Positions 1-9,258 of a DNA stretch of 37,057 bases are shown in pieces. The number at the start of each line of letters is the position of its first letter. Within the stretch, counting starts at the first letter, position 1. The position numbers and the translations under genes were made by a program. The DNA lies in IMG/VR virus record IMGVR_UViG_3300048598_000507, positions 1 through 37,057 of that record. One strand, written 5' to 3'. Under the pieces are notes generated by a model. It saw nothing but the letters and a program-made list of their open reading frames with translations. It was not told the origin of the DNA and did not search any database. The DNA is from a virus (Duplodnaviria > Caudoviricetes).

Positions 1-468
1 TCAACCTGACCTCACCGAGCTCCTCACCCTCCTCGCCTCCCACGTCCAGTCCGTGACCCGGTAGCCCGGCTCCCGCGGCTCGCCGCTCATCACGAGCCCG
101 TGCCGACGCCGCAGCTTGCCCACCGTCTGCCAGATCTTCACGTGGTCGGCCTCGACGCCGTACTCGGCGAGCGCCTCCCGCAGGTAGAGCGGCTGGCCGG
201 GGTGCAGCGCGTCGTGGGTCAGCATGATGCCGGCGACCAGCTCGAGGAGGTTCACGTCGGCCGGCGCCTGCTCGGTGCGCTGGATGCCGGCGAACGGCGC
301 GCACGAGCGCAACAGGCGCAGGCAGGGGTCGCAGAGGCCGTGAGGGTTGTCGGCGCTCGGCTCGTGGCCGGCGCGCAGGTAGGAGCCGCAGCGGGGGCAC
401 GTGGGGCGCTCATCGATGCCCGCGAAGGGCGGAGGCCCCTGCGGCTCCGATGAGCGCCCCAACGTCAT
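1..468 (-). CDS. Zn-ribbon plus winged-HTH-like protein, putative late regulator (paralog of 34125..34502)
   Basis: ATG at 468 overlaps the RuvC stop (ATGA); CPRC...CDPC followed by a helical region and RRHG...GY. Confidence 0.6.
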   Translation of the reverse strand: MTLGRSSEPQGPPPFAGIDERPTCPRCGSYLRAGHEPSADNPHGLCDPCLRLLRSCAPFAGIQRTEQAPADVNLLELVAGIMLTHDALHPGQPLYLREALAEYGVEADHVKIWQTVGKLRRRHGLVMSGEPREPGYRVTDWTWEARRVRSSVRSG

Positions 469-989
469 GCGCAGCGTGCCTCCACGGCCTGCGGCCAGGC
501 GACCTTGCCGGCCGCCTCGGCCTGGACCTTCGGCACGTCGACGACCGGCACCCCGTAGGCATGCCGAGCGAGGCACCAGAGGAGGTAGGCGTCGGCCTCG
601 TTGTTGTCGAAGCCGGCGAAGCCGAAGCGCCGGATGGCCTCGGCGATCATCGCGTCCTTTGGCGAGTTACCCTTGCCGGTCGCGAACTTCTTGAGCGTCG
701 CCGGCGGCACGTCGACGTACTGCATGCCGAGCCGGTGGAGCAGGAAGCGCACGCAGCCGCCGAGCTCCGCCACGTCGAACGTCGCCCGCCCCTGGCTGCC
801 GAACGAGTAGCCCTCGATCACCACCAGGTCGGCGCCGCGCGCCAGGGATTGGACCTGGCGCGCGATGTCGTCGATGCGCGGCATACCGCGCAGGTGGCCG
901 GTGCGGATCACGCTGCAGCTGCCGTCGGGCCGGCAGACGCCGGTCCGCGTCAGCGAGAGGTCAAGCGCGAGGATCCGCGGGGCAGTCAC
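465..989 (-). CDS. ruvC: RuvC-like Holliday junction resolvase
   Basis: ILALDLSLTRTG, VVIEG, LKKFATGKGN, NEADA motifs; GTG start overlapping the upstream stop. Confidence 0.9.
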   Translation of the reverse strand: MTAPRILALDLSLTRTGVCRPDGSCSVIRTGHLRGMPRIDDIARQVQSLARGADLVVIEGYSFGSQGRATFDVAELGGCVRFLLHRLGMQYVDVPPATLKKFATGKGNSPKDAMIAEAIRRFGFAGFDNNEADAYLLWCLARHAYGVPVVDVPKVQAEAAGKVAWPQAVEARCA

Positions 990-1708
990 GCAGCCGGCTC
1001 CTGCGCCTCGCCGACCTCGCTGCGATCGACGGCGCCGAAGCCGCTGCAGGTCTCGCACGTGCCGTTGTGACCGCCACCGGTGCGATCGAGGATGCGGCCG
1101 TCGCCCCGGCAGTCCGGGCACATCGCGATGTCCTCATCGCTGTCGAGGTCGATGACGATGAGCTCGGCGCCGCGGTCATCGACTGCGACAACGTCGCGCA
1201 GCCGGCGCAGCCTGCCATCGGCTGCCCCCAGAATCGCGTAGTGGCTGAGCTCGCGCTCGTCGTGCTTCTCGGCGGCCCACTCGGCCGCCAGCTGCCCGTA
1301 GGTCGTGTACTCGCCGACCTCGCGCTCAGCGACGGTGCCGTCAGGGTGCTCGACTTGGACCGCGGCGACGTCGCCGGCGCGCTCCTCCTTGCTCGTCACC
1401 TCGCCGGTGATCGGGTCGACCGTGTCGCCCTCGATCTGGTGGGACTCGTCGACGACCTCCGCGTCCTCGACGTCCTCAGCCTCGACCACCTCGCCCTCCA
1501 CCGGCGCCGCTTCGGCCGCCGGCATCTTGTCCTGCAGCCAGGCGATCACGCGGCGCTGCTTGTGCACCCGGTCGATCGCCTCGCTCAGCTTCTTCTCCGC
1601 GTTCTCGACCGCGGTGCCGGCCTTCTCCTCTTCGTTCAGCAGGTGCGTCAGCACGGCGTGCGCCTGGTCGAGTTCGGTCTTCGGGAACATCTCGGTCTGC
1701 GTGGTCAT
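986..1708 (-). CDS. Acidic coiled-coil protein with a C-terminal DnaJ-like Zn finger
   Basis: ATG at 1708 after a purine-rich RBS; CPDCRGDG...CETCSGFG. Confidence 0.7.
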   Translation of the reverse strand: MTTQTEMFPKTELDQAHAVLTHLLNEEEKAGTAVENAEKKLSEAIDRVHKQRRVIAWLQDKMPAAEAAPVEGEVVEAEDVEDAEVVDESHQIEGDTVDPITGEVTSKEERAGDVAAVQVEHPDGTVAEREVGEYTTYGQLAAEWAAEKHDERELSHYAILGAADGRLRRLRDVVAVDDRGAELIVIDLDSDEDIAMCPDCRGDGRILDRTGGGHNGTCETCSGFGAVDRSEVGEAQEPAA

Positions 1709-1745
1709 GCGGTCTCTCTCCCCTTCGTGATGGTCAGTTGGCTTC

Positions 1746-2000
1746 TCAGCGCCGCACCCGGCGCGCATCGGCGACCTTGGTCACCATGGCGGCCGGCACG
1801 ACGGTGTGCGTCGGCTCGTAGACGTCGGCGCAAATCCGCTCGTCTGCGCTGCGGTAGGCGCTCACCAGAGCGAGCTGCTCGGCAAGCACCTCGGTCACCA
1901 CCCACAGCTCGCCGTCCGGCGTCTCGATCGCGTCGCCGGGCTTGATCAGCGCGCGGTACACCTCGGCCTTCCGGCCGGGGTGGGCTGTAGAGTCGTCCAT
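1746..2000 (-). CDS. Hypothetical protein (84 aa)
   Basis: AAGGAGG RBS and protein-like composition. Confidence 0.65.
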   Translation of the reverse strand: MDDSTAHPGRKAEVYRALIKPGDAIETPDGELWVVTEVLAEQLALVSAYRSADERICADVYEPTHTVVPAAMVTKVADARRVRR

Positions 2001-2075
2001 GCGATCGCCTCCTTGCAGGCGTCGTCACGCCCCGGGCTGTTGCTGCAGCGCCGGGGCTCTTCTTGGTCAGGGCGG

Positions 2076-3134
2076 TCATGCCGCCCCGCTTTCGGTGGGC
2101 TCGAAGCCGTTCGCAGCGCCCCGAGACTGCGCGAAGCCGGGCGGCAGAGCCTCCGCGATGGGCCGCGGCTCGCTCTTGCGCTTCGGCCGTCGGGCGGTTC
2201 GTAGCTCCTTGACCAGGTCGTCTCCGACGAGGTCACCGAGGTGGCCTGCACGCTTCGTCGCCACCCGCAGGTAGGCGGGCAGGTTGCCGATGCGCTTCTC
2301 GGCGCTGCGGACCCGGATTCGCTCGAATGCGCTCCGCCGGCAGTCGTCTCGGCGCCCCTCGAGCATCGGCCCTTGGGCCGCCACCAGCTCGTCGATGCGA
2401 GCCAGCAGGCCGGCGGCCGCTGCGGTCAGCTCAGCGTCCGCGGTGTCGGCCTCGACGCCAGTGATCTCGGCGACGATGGCCAGGATGGCGTCGGGTACCT
2501 CGGGCCGCTCTGAAGTGCACGCCGGTGCAGCATCCGAGGCTGGGGCGTCAGCCGCCTGATCTTGGTCGATAGACTCTCCCCGCTCTTGATCTGCGGAGTT
2601 ATCCACAGGGGGCGCCTCGTCTACCGCTACCCTAGGTCTACTGTGCTCTTTGGAGTTGGAGTTAAGAGCTGGAGCTAGAGCTGGAGGTTCGGGTATGGGT
2701 TCGCCGAACCGTTCCGGCAACAGTTCAGGCAACCGTTTGGCGAACGGTTCGCAGTAGAGCCGCGCCGAGGCTAGAAGGTCGCCAAAGAGCGGCGTTTCGG
2801 GCAGTTCGCGGAGCTTCTTCGCCGCCGACTTTCGGCAGTTGTCGTTGGCCGGCGCCTGGTACTTGAGAGCGTTGACGACGAACACCACGCGAGCGGTTTC
2901 GTCGTACTTCATGAACCCGTCCCGAGACAGTTGGGCGAACGGTTCCGCCAACCGTTCCGCTGACCATTTGAGGTCACCCAGGATGTAGTCCTTGGGCAGC
3001 CTGTAGAGGCCCTCCGCGATGCGGTGCTCGTTGGTGAGCAGATAGAGCGCGAGCAGCTTCGCATCGTCGCTCCAGCCGTCCTCGTACCAGATGCGCGGGC
3101 TGACGCGGAAGTAGACGAGGTCCTCAGGGATCAC
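2076..3134 (-). CDS. Phage replication initiator (N-terminal HTH)
   Basis: N-terminus IWYEDGWSDDAKLLALYLLTN resembles phage initiators; internal iterons and DnaA box; position in the replication module. Confidence 0.75.
   Translation of the reverse strand: MIPEDLVYFRVSPRIWYEDGWSDDAKLLALYLLTNEHRIAEGLYRLPKDYILGDLKWSAERLAEPFAQLSRDGFMKYDETARVVFVVNALKYQAPANDNCRKSAAKKLRELPETPLFGDLLASARLYCEPFAKRLPELLPERFGEPIPEPPALAPALNSNSKEHSRPRVAVDEAPPVDNSADQERGESIDQDQAADAPASDAAPACTSERPEVPDAILAIVAEITGVEADTADAELTAAAAGLLARIDELVAAQGPMLEGRRDDCRRSAFERIRVRSAEKRIGNLPAYLRVATKRAGHLGDLVGDDLVKELRTARRPKRKSEPRPIAEALPPGFAQSRGAANGFEPTESGAA
2599..2968. promoter_or_regulatory. Putative replication origin: DnaA box plus 12-bp-phased AACNGTT iterons
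   Basis: TTATCCACA at 2599-2607; AACNGTT at 2707, 2719, 2731, 2743, 2938 and 2950, with degenerate copies at 2926 and 2962. Confidence 0.75.
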
Positions 3135-3421
3135 TCTGGATCGCCCTCCTCCGCAGGCTCCTCCGTGAAGAACGCCGGCGAGAGGATGTGGTGCGAGGGC
3201 ACCTCAACCAGGCCAGCGTCGGTCAGGTTGAGCGGCTCAAAGCAGGCCCTTGGCACGACGATCCTCACCTTCACGGCGATCTCGTCACGGAGCAGCCGGC
3301 TGGGCTTGTTGACCGTCGCTCGAGCGACGCGCCCTTCGTAGATCTCCTTCTTCCAGTAGCGGTTTCGCTTGCCGACGATGACGAGGTAGGCCTCGACGGT
3401 GATGGTGTCCTCGGTCGTCAC
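3131..3421 (-). CDS. Hypothetical phage protein (96 aa)
   Basis: GTG start overlapping the upstream stop; its own stop overlaps the downstream start. Confidence 0.7.
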   Translation of the reverse strand: MTTEDTITVEAYLVIVGKRNRYWKKEIYEGRVARATVNKPSRLLRDEIAVKVRIVVPRACFEPLNLTDAGLVEVPSHHILSPAFFTEEPAEEGDPE

Positions 3422-4233
3422 TGCTGACCCTCGCTGCCGACCTTCCACCACGCGGGCAGCTTCTTGCCGCCCTTGCCCTGGTTGATGATCTCGACGGCAG
3501 CGCCGGCCATGGCCACTGGCTGCGTGCAGCCGAACCTGTCCTTCATGATGGCCGAGAGATTCTGCAGGCCTCTGACGCCGCCGCGGGCGTTGCCGAGCTT
3601 CTTCACGGCGAAGTCGAAGTCCAGCGCCCCGTTGTAGCGCTGACAGACCATGCCGATGCCCTTGATCACCGCCCCCTCGAGGCCGGCGTCACCGTAGGAA
3701 TCGACCACGATGCGCAGCGTCTTGCCGAGGATCTGGCCATTCCCCTTGCCGTACACGTGCCGCAGCGCGTCGACCGCCACGATGCCGCCCGGACCCTTCC
3801 CGCGGGTGACCTTGAGGCCACACGCCTGTACGACGGCGTTGATGCTCACCTCGGGCTCTCTGCCGGCGTTCACGGCCTTGTCGAACTTGTCGAAGGCGCC
3901 CACGTTGAGGTGGATCTGCAGCTTGAGGAATAGGTCGGCCTCCTCGGCGTCGCCAAGCCCGTGGTAGACGCGGCACCGGACGCGCTGCTCCTCCCATTCC
4001 GAGCCCATCCACTTGCGAGCGGCGGCGCAGCGCTGCTGACCATCCAGCAAGTGGTACACAGTGCCTCTCTCGCTGACCACAGGGACGCCGAAGAGGTCGG
4101 GGTCGAACGGCTCGAGCGTGTCGACGAAGTGCGGTTTGAGGTCGCGCTGCGCGTGAGGCGGGATGCGCATGTCGCCCAGGCGCACCCACTCCAGCGTAGC
4201 CGTCGATTCGTCGTTGATCTGCTTGGTACTCAT
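3418..4233 (-). CDS. ParB/Srx-fold protein (DUF6551-like)
   Basis: AQRDL...GVPVVSER...LLDGQQR motif; GGAGGG RBS and ATGA overlap. Confidence 0.75.
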   Translation of the reverse strand: MSTKQINDESTATLEWVRLGDMRIPPHAQRDLKPHFVDTLEPFDPDLFGVPVVSERGTVYHLLDGQQRCAAARKWMGSEWEEQRVRCRVYHGLGDAEEADLFLKLQIHLNVGAFDKFDKAVNAGREPEVSINAVVQACGLKVTRGKGPGGIVAVDALRHVYGKGNGQILGKTLRIVVDSYGDAGLEGAVIKGIGMVCQRYNGALDFDFAVKKLGNARGGVRGLQNLSAIMKDRFGCTQPVAMAGAAVEIINQGKGGKKLPAWWKVGSEGQQ

Positions 4234-5060
4234 GAAATGCCCTCCAGGTTGCGAAGCAGGCGCCGAAACACGCGCAGCGACTCCGCGATCGACTCGGCCC
4301 ACTCATGGGCCTGCTCTTTCGTGAATGGCAGTGCGTCGGGCAAGGATCCGAGGCTCAGCGCCTCTGCCTCCAGGCTGGCCGCTGTACGGCCCACGACGCG
4401 CTCGAGATCGACCCTTCGGCCCCTGCCCATCACCTGGTCAGGAACAAGAGCGATACCGGATCTCTTGGCGGCGCTCTTGACGCCTTCTCGCGTCATGCCG
4501 ATGACCTCGCCGATCTGCTCTGCTGTGTGACCTTCGTTCGCGAGGCTTTCGATGCGCTGCAGACGCTCGCGCGTGGCCGCACGGCTCTTGTCAACTGACT
4601 TCTGCGACGGTCTCTTGGCGGGATAGGACTTGCCATCGGTGCCGGTGACACGTGGTGCAGGCGCACCACCTGACAGGTCGCGAACGACCGTGGAGTGGTC
4701 AACCCCAACGGCGCCAGCGATGGCCCGGGTCGAATGCCCCTCCCGTCTCAACGCCTTCTCGACCTTGAGGCGCTGTCTCTTCGGCATGGGCCGGCGGTCT
4801 TCGTTCAGGGTGCGGGCGATCTCTCGGGCTCGATTCTCGTCAGCTACAGTGAAGACTCGCTCCGGGCATGAGGCTCCAAGCGACTTCGCGATGCGCAGTC
4901 GCTGATGGCCATCCAAGACATTGCCATGCTGGTCTCTGACAATCGGCACCAACACGCCGAAGCGCTCGATGCTGGCGCGGAGTGCAGCGTCGACGGCAGG
5001 CGAGAGATCCTTGTAGAGCTGGTAGGGCGCGGCTTCGCTCTGCGAGGCGATCTCAGCCAT
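4230..5060 (-). CDS. ParB N-terminal domain protein with HTH domains
   Basis: SIERFGVLVPIVRDQHGNVLDGHQR; HTH STRAIAGAVGVDHSTVVRDL; GGAGGAG RBS. Confidence 0.85.
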   Translation of the reverse strand: MAEIASQSEAAPYQLYKDLSPAVDAALRASIERFGVLVPIVRDQHGNVLDGHQRLRIAKSLGASCPERVFTVADENRAREIARTLNEDRRPMPKRQRLKVEKALRREGHSTRAIAGAVGVDHSTVVRDLSGGAPAPRVTGTDGKSYPAKRPSQKSVDKSRAATRERLQRIESLANEGHTAEQIGEVIGMTREGVKSAAKRSGIALVPDQVMGRGRRVDLERVVGRTAASLEAEALSLGSLPDALPFTKEQAHEWAESIAESLRVFRRLLRNLEGIS

Positions 5061-5274
5061 TGGCGGACTCCTCCGGGAAGTCCGCATGCACCGCGCCCTC
5101 ACGCTCCGCCAGCTCGTGCCACTCGAGTGCCGACCGGCGGCTGTGCATGATCGTCGTGGTGCGAGGCCGGCCATCGATCGCGCTGCGGAACTCACGCCGG
5201 GTCGTGAAGCGACCTTGCTCGTAGTGCAGCTCGACGCGGCCGAGCTCTGTGACCACGTGCGAAAGGAGGCTCAC
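5053..5274 (-). CDS. Hypothetical protein (73 aa)
   Basis: GTG at 5274 with a GAGGAGG RBS, overlapping the upstream stop. Confidence 0.6.
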   Translation of the reverse strand: MSLLSHVVTELGRVELHYEQGRFTTRREFRSAIDGRPRTTTIMHSRRSALEWHELAEREGAVHADFPEESANG

Positions 5275-5384
5275 CGGCGGCCTCCTCTCCGCTCGCGCCG
5301 CTCCCGGCGATCGCGCACAAGAAGCCAGGCGACGAAGGCGTACAGGGCGACGGTGAAGGCCGTCGCCGCGATGACGGCGGTCAT
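5271..5384 (-). CDS. 37-aa single-TM peptide (absent from the ORF track)
   Basis: MTAVIAATAFTVALYAFVAWLLVRDRRERRERRGGRR; overlaps neighbours at both ends. Confidence 0.65.
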   Translation of the reverse strand: MTAVIAATAFTVALYAFVAWLLVRDRRERRERRGGRR

Positions 5385-5710
5385 GCGGCATCACCCCCGT
5401 ACAGCTGGTCGAGAAGCTCGCCGTCGAGGCCGGCGCTCGTGTACCAGCGGATGAAGGCGTCGCGCGGGATGATGTAGCGGCCGCCCTTGTAGGTGCCGTT
5501 CGGCTGCGGCGCTCCCCCGCGATGAATGCAGGGGACGTGCCGGCGCATGCCCTCGAGGTCGCCGAGGATCCGTGCGGCGTCGAACTGCCGGCAGGAGGCG
5601 TAGACGCTCCCGGTGGAGATGTGGAGCAGCCTGGCCACCTCCTTCTTGGTGACCGGGTCAGAGAGCGTCTGCTCGAGGCGCTCGGTGGTGGTGGGAGCGG
5701 AGACAGCCAT
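5381..5710 (-). CDS. Xis/HTH_17-like DNA-binding protein
   Basis: VTKKEVARLLHISTGSVY...GGRYIIPRDAFIRW. Confidence 0.75.
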   Translation of the reverse strand: MAVSAPTTTERLEQTLSDPVTKKEVARLLHISTGSVYASCRQFDAARILGDLEGMRRHVPCIHRGGAPQPNGTYKGGRYIIPRDAFIRWYTSAGLDGELLDQLYGGDAA

Positions 5711-6861
5711 CAGGCTGCTCCCCGCTCAACCTTGTGGGACTCGAGATAGGCGAGCACATCGGCAAGGCGCGTCTGCGGAATCTCCTCGACGCCGGCGACG
5801 CCGATCTCTGCCTGGAGCCACTCGAGGAGCTGCGGCTCCTCGACGCCGTGGATCGTCGCCTGCGTGAAGACCCTGTTGACGTCGCGCCGCGCGATCGGCT
5901 TCGCCAGCTCTCGGGCCTCTGCCTGAGCGGCGAGGTCGGCGGCCATCTGCGACGGACTGCGCGTCTCCTTCGCTCGCTGCGCAGGCGCGTCGCTTGGGCC
6001 CTGAGAGGACTGCGGGCCCTCCTGGACGGCGGCCGAACCATCGTCCGGCCCCGCGGCCTCCTGCGAGCGCTCAGCGGCCTCGCGCGCCGCGGCGGCGTTC
6101 TCCTCGGCCGCCTGCTTCATGGCGCGAAAGAGTTGGACACCGATCGCGCGCGGCATCTCCGGGCCCGGGCCTTCGTACAGCAGGGCGCCGGCGTTGGCGA
6201 CCACGTCGTCCTCAGAGAAGCCGAAGTCAGCGGCCGAGGAGAGGAGGTTCGCCCAACCATCGTCGCCGAGCGTCTGCACCTCCGTCGCGGTTCCTTCGAT
6301 GACCTCGCCGTCGCTGATCCGCTCGGCCTCGTCTTGGTCGTAGATGCCGGAGAGGCCGAAGGCGATGCGGCCGGTCTGGTTGATGCCCTTCCACTCGAGC
6401 ATGCGCTTCGTGGTGTCGTTCCAGGGGCCGGTGTTGCGGTACATCTCGTCGATGTACTCGCGGTGCACCGTCGGGTGGTCTGCGTGGCTCTTGTGGTGGA
6501 TCGTGACCTCGACCCATTCAGGGCACCGCTTCGCCTGGGGAGCCGGCTGGACCATCTCATCGGACCAGCGGATGTCCATGCCGGCGAAGTCGGGGTGCTC
6601 ACGGATGAGCTTCAGCCACCCGTCGATGGGCACCAGCGGGACGATGCCGCCGCCCTTCTTCGGGAAGGCGTAGATCTCGCGCATGAAGGGGTCGAGGTCG
6701 TACTTGTTGGCGACCGCGACGAGAGCCACGAACTCAGCCGGGCTCGCGCCCTTGAACGCGGTCTGCATGAGCGTCCGCTCAAGCTCCGCCGGCTCTACGG
6801 CGACGCGCTGCGCCATGAGAGCGAGCGCGGTGCCTGGCCGCTGTCCGTTACCCGCGGGCAT
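5710..6861 (-). CDS. bet: RecT/Red-beta single-strand annealing protein
   Basis: ANKYDLDPFMREIYAFPKKGGGIVPLVPIDGW, GPW...KRML, AFGLSGIYDQDEAERI. Confidence 0.9.
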   Translation of the reverse strand: MPAGNGQRPGTALALMAQRVAVEPAELERTLMQTAFKGASPAEFVALVAVANKYDLDPFMREIYAFPKKGGGIVPLVPIDGWLKLIREHPDFAGMDIRWSDEMVQPAPQAKRCPEWVEVTIHHKSHADHPTVHREYIDEMYRNTGPWNDTTKRMLEWKGINQTGRIAFGLSGIYDQDEAERISDGEVIEGTATEVQTLGDDGWANLLSSAADFGFSEDDVVANAGALLYEGPGPEMPRAIGVQLFRAMKQAAEENAAAAREAAERSQEAAGPDDGSAAVQEGPQSSQGPSDAPAQRAKETRSPSQMAADLAAQAEARELAKPIARRDVNRVFTQATIHGVEEPQLLEWLQAEIGVAGVEEIPQTRLADVLAYLESHKVERGAA

Positions 6862-7514
6862 CAGGCGCTCCTCACGGTCGTGTTCAGCTCGTAGACCGCG
6901 GTCACGCCGGGCACGTCCTGGCCGGCCTCCAGCAGGCCCTGGATGAGCTTCGCGTTCGGGATGCGGATGAAGCAGTGCTCGGGGAGCAGCGACTCGTCGG
7001 TGACGGCGAACTTGAGGCGGGCGCCGACGATCACCATGCCGCCGGCAGTCTTCACCGTGCGCTTCGGCGTCGCGCCGCCGGGGACGAACGGCACGACCTC
7101 GGCCTCACCGTCAGCCCTCTCGATGAGCTTGTCGAGCGCCTTCTGCGCCTTGGCCGTCTCGCGCTTGAACTCGCGGGAGCGGTAGGCGACGATGCCGCCC
7201 CGCAGCTGCTCCTGCAGCTCGGGCAGGTACGTGTCGCCCACGGTGAGCGTCTCTGCGATGAGGCGGTCGTTGCGCTTCTTCGCCTCGGTGATCGGCTCGT
7301 TCAGGTGCTTGCGCACCTTCTCGGCCGGGTCGACGACCTGGGTCTTGATCGCGACCAGGGCGGCCGCGGCCTTCTCGAGCTCGGCCTCGGTGCGCGGGCG
7401 CACGAGGGCCGTAGCGCTCGCGACCACGTCGGCGGCGGCGAGGCGGATCGGCTTGAGGTCGGTCTTCACTTCGGGCGCCTCGAAGGGCACCACGTCAGCA
7501 GGCCTAGTAGCCAT
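6861..7514 (-). CDS. Coiled-coil protein typical of phage recombination modules (Gp157-like C-terminus)
   Basis: VTDESLLP...IPNAKLI...VPGV C-terminus; lies between exonuclease and Bet. Confidence 0.6.
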   Translation of the reverse strand: MATRPADVVPFEAPEVKTDLKPIRLAAADVVASATALVRPRTEAELEKAAAALVAIKTQVVDPAEKVRKHLNEPITEAKKRNDRLIAETLTVGDTYLPELQEQLRGGIVAYRSREFKRETAKAQKALDKLIERADGEAEVVPFVPGGATPKRTVKTAGGMVIVGARLKFAVTDESLLPEHCFIRIPNAKLIQGLLEAGQDVPGVTAVYELNTTVRSA

Positions 7515-8191
7515 TAGATCTTCACTCCTTGACTCCAGTGCCACAGGGACAGGCAGGCGCGAAACGCCAGCTCGTCGGTGCTGTGGGCTCTCAGCGGGAT
7601 TGGGTGGAGCGTCGGCGCTTGGCCGTACTCCGGGGCCGGCATGTGCAGGATCAGGCGGTCGCAGGTGAGGCCGACCCACTCGCGCACGATGGCGCGGTAG
7701 GCGGCCTGCTGCAGGCGGTCGCCCTCGTAGACGCCCTTGCCGGTCTTGTAGTCGACGATGGTCGGCAGCTTGTGCCCGCGAAGCCGGCACACAAGGTCTG
7801 GCTTGCCGGCGACCTTCATCGAAGGGCTCGCCATGGTCTCCTCGACGTGGAGCACCTCGACGAGGTTACGGTCGAGCCACACGCGCAGCAGATCCAGCGT
7901 CGGCTGCCAGCGATCGCCGAGGTCGAGCGGCATGAGCTTGTGGCCGCGGACCCAGATGGCGGCCGCGGCGTGAAGTGCCGTGCCGAAGTGAGCCGCCTGC
8001 TTGGCGATGCGCTCGGCCTCGTGGTAGCCGACTCTGGCCCGCCAGTCATCGAGGCCGGGCTTGTCGAGCACGTGGGTGACCGTGGTCACGGCCGGCACCG
8101 ACGCGCCGTCCAGCTTGTAGGCGTGGAGGGCAGGGTCGAAGGTCAGCTCATGCGCCTCACAGGCGCGGCGCTTGGCGGTAGATGTGATCAT
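7514..8191 (-). CDS. PD-(D/E)XK exonuclease (RecE/Cas4-like partner of Bet)
   Basis: VTTV..VLDKPGL, GTALH, AGKPDL, IVDYKTG, QQAAY. Confidence 0.85.
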   Translation of the reverse strand: MITSTAKRRACEAHELTFDPALHAYKLDGASVPAVTTVTHVLDKPGLDDWRARVGYHEAERIAKQAAHFGTALHAAAAIWVRGHKLMPLDLGDRWQPTLDLLRVWLDRNLVEVLHVEETMASPSMKVAGKPDLVCRLRGHKLPTIVDYKTGKGVYEGDRLQQAAYRAIVREWVGLTCDRLILHMPAPEYGQAPTLHPIPLRAHSTDELAFRACLSLWHWSQGVKI

Positions 8192-8499
8192 GCCGCAGCC
8201 ATCGCGTCGACCGGCACGTACACCGGGTTCTCGGCGCCGTTGAATACGACGAGGGCGGCGCGCTGGCGCCGGACCACGTCGAAGTAGAGCGGCCTGCCAA
8301 CGCTCTGCTGGCCGGAGTTGTGGACGCGGACGTCCATCAAGGTGCGATAGCCGATGAGGATGCCAACGCGAGGCTCCAGAGCTTCGCGTCGCCACACCTT
8401 CTTGTACGGGCCCCCGTACTCGCGCTCTTCGCTGAAGTCGAGTCCGCGCCGCAGCTTCTGCAGGCAGCTCACGCGGTCGCCGAACCTCGGCGCGGCCAT
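8188..8499 (-). CDS. Hypothetical protein (103 aa)
   Basis: Start and stop both overlap neighbouring genes. Confidence 0.65.
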   Translation of the reverse strand: MAAPRFGDRVSCLQKLRRGLDFSEEREYGGPYKKVWRREALEPRVGILIGYRTLMDVRVHNSGQQSVGRPLYFDVVRRQRAALVVFNGAENPVYVPVDAMAAA

Positions 8500-8696
8500 C
8501 AGAGGCCCGCCCGTGCGAGAACGGCGTCGTAGGCGGCGTCCTCATGCGCCCTGATCGCGTCGTCGTTGCTGTACTCCAGCCCACAGTCGGGGCAGGCGTA
8601 GCTGTCGCGTGCCCGGTCATACTCGGCGTCTTCCTGCGAACAGCCGCACTTCGGGCAGCGGTACCAGACGTCGTCGGGCGGGTCGTAGTAGCCCAT
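8499..8696 (-). CDS. Small Zn-ribbon protein
   Basis: YRCPKCG...YACPDCG. Confidence 0.75.
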   Translation of the reverse strand: MGYYDPPDDVWYRCPKCGCSQEDAEYDRARDSYACPDCGLEYSNDDAIRAHEDAAYDAVLARAGL

Positions 8697-8893
8697 CAGG
8701 CCACCAACCAGACGAGGGCACAGAGCCCAATGAGGATGGCGGCCAGGCCGAGCGAGACGACGGCCATGCCGGCGAGATCGCTCAGGGTGAGGCGGTGCGC
8801 GGATGCGCGCGGTGTGTTAGCTTGGTAGGTGGTCCTAGCGGACTGGGGGCTCCCTGATGCTGTCCAGGCGGGGGAGCCTTCTTCTTTGATCAT
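8696..8893 (-). CDS. Small membrane protein
   Basis: C-terminal hydrophobic helix; purine-rich RBS. Confidence 0.6.
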   Translation of the reverse strand: MIKEEGSPAWTASGSPQSARTTYQANTPRASAHRLTLSDLAGMAVVSLGLAAILIGLCALVWLVA

Positions 8894-8974
8894 CCCTTCC
8901 CCTTGTTTCGATTACCCGTCTTCGGTGGGCTCTCTGCGCGCCTCCTTCCTCTCAATGTTTGCGTTCCCTTTCAG

Positions 8975-9003
8975 TTTTTACCCCACGCTGAAGCATGAGT
9001 CAA
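8975..9003 (-). promoter_or_regulatory. Sigma70-type early promoter
   Basis: TTGACT-N17-TAAAAA in an AT-rich spacer upstream of the early operon. Confidence 0.65.
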
Positions 9004-9016
9004 GTAGTGGACCGGG

Positions 9017-9208
9017 TCAGGCTTGGGGCTTCAGAAAGTCGTCGATCGACTCGCGCGTGACGTACCACCAACCGCGCTCGCCGAGTTGCCTGCCGCGCAG
9101 GGCGCCGGTGCGGATGTACTTGCGCCACGTCGGTCGGGACCACGTGATCCCGTAGTGCTCAAGGAGATACTCCTCGGCCTTGCCCAGCGTCATGTAGTGC
9201 TCGCCCAC
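9017..9208 (-). CDS. Xis/HTH_17-like DNA-binding protein
   Basis: YMTLGKAEEYL...TWRKYIRTGALRG...WYVTRESIDDFL; RBS GGGAGAGG; -10-like TAGACT at 9238-9243. Confidence 0.8.
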   Translation of the reverse strand: MGEHYMTLGKAEEYLLEHYGITWSRPTWRKYIRTGALRGRQLGERGWWYVTRESIDDFLKPQA

Positions 9209-9258
9209 GCCTCTCCCAGGGTCGAGTGAACCTAGAGAGTCTACCTGCTGCTCTCGTT

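Noticed and set aside
1705-2079. 124-aa ORF beginning MTALTKKSPGAAATARG
   Set aside because: Only the first codons, which span a GC hairpin, look plausible. The rest is Arg-rich off-frame sequence over the better-supported 1746..2000 gene
2706-2751. GAAC..GTTC sequences as extra SOS boxes
   Set aside because: Spacers are 1-2 nt rather than 4; they belong to the iteron array
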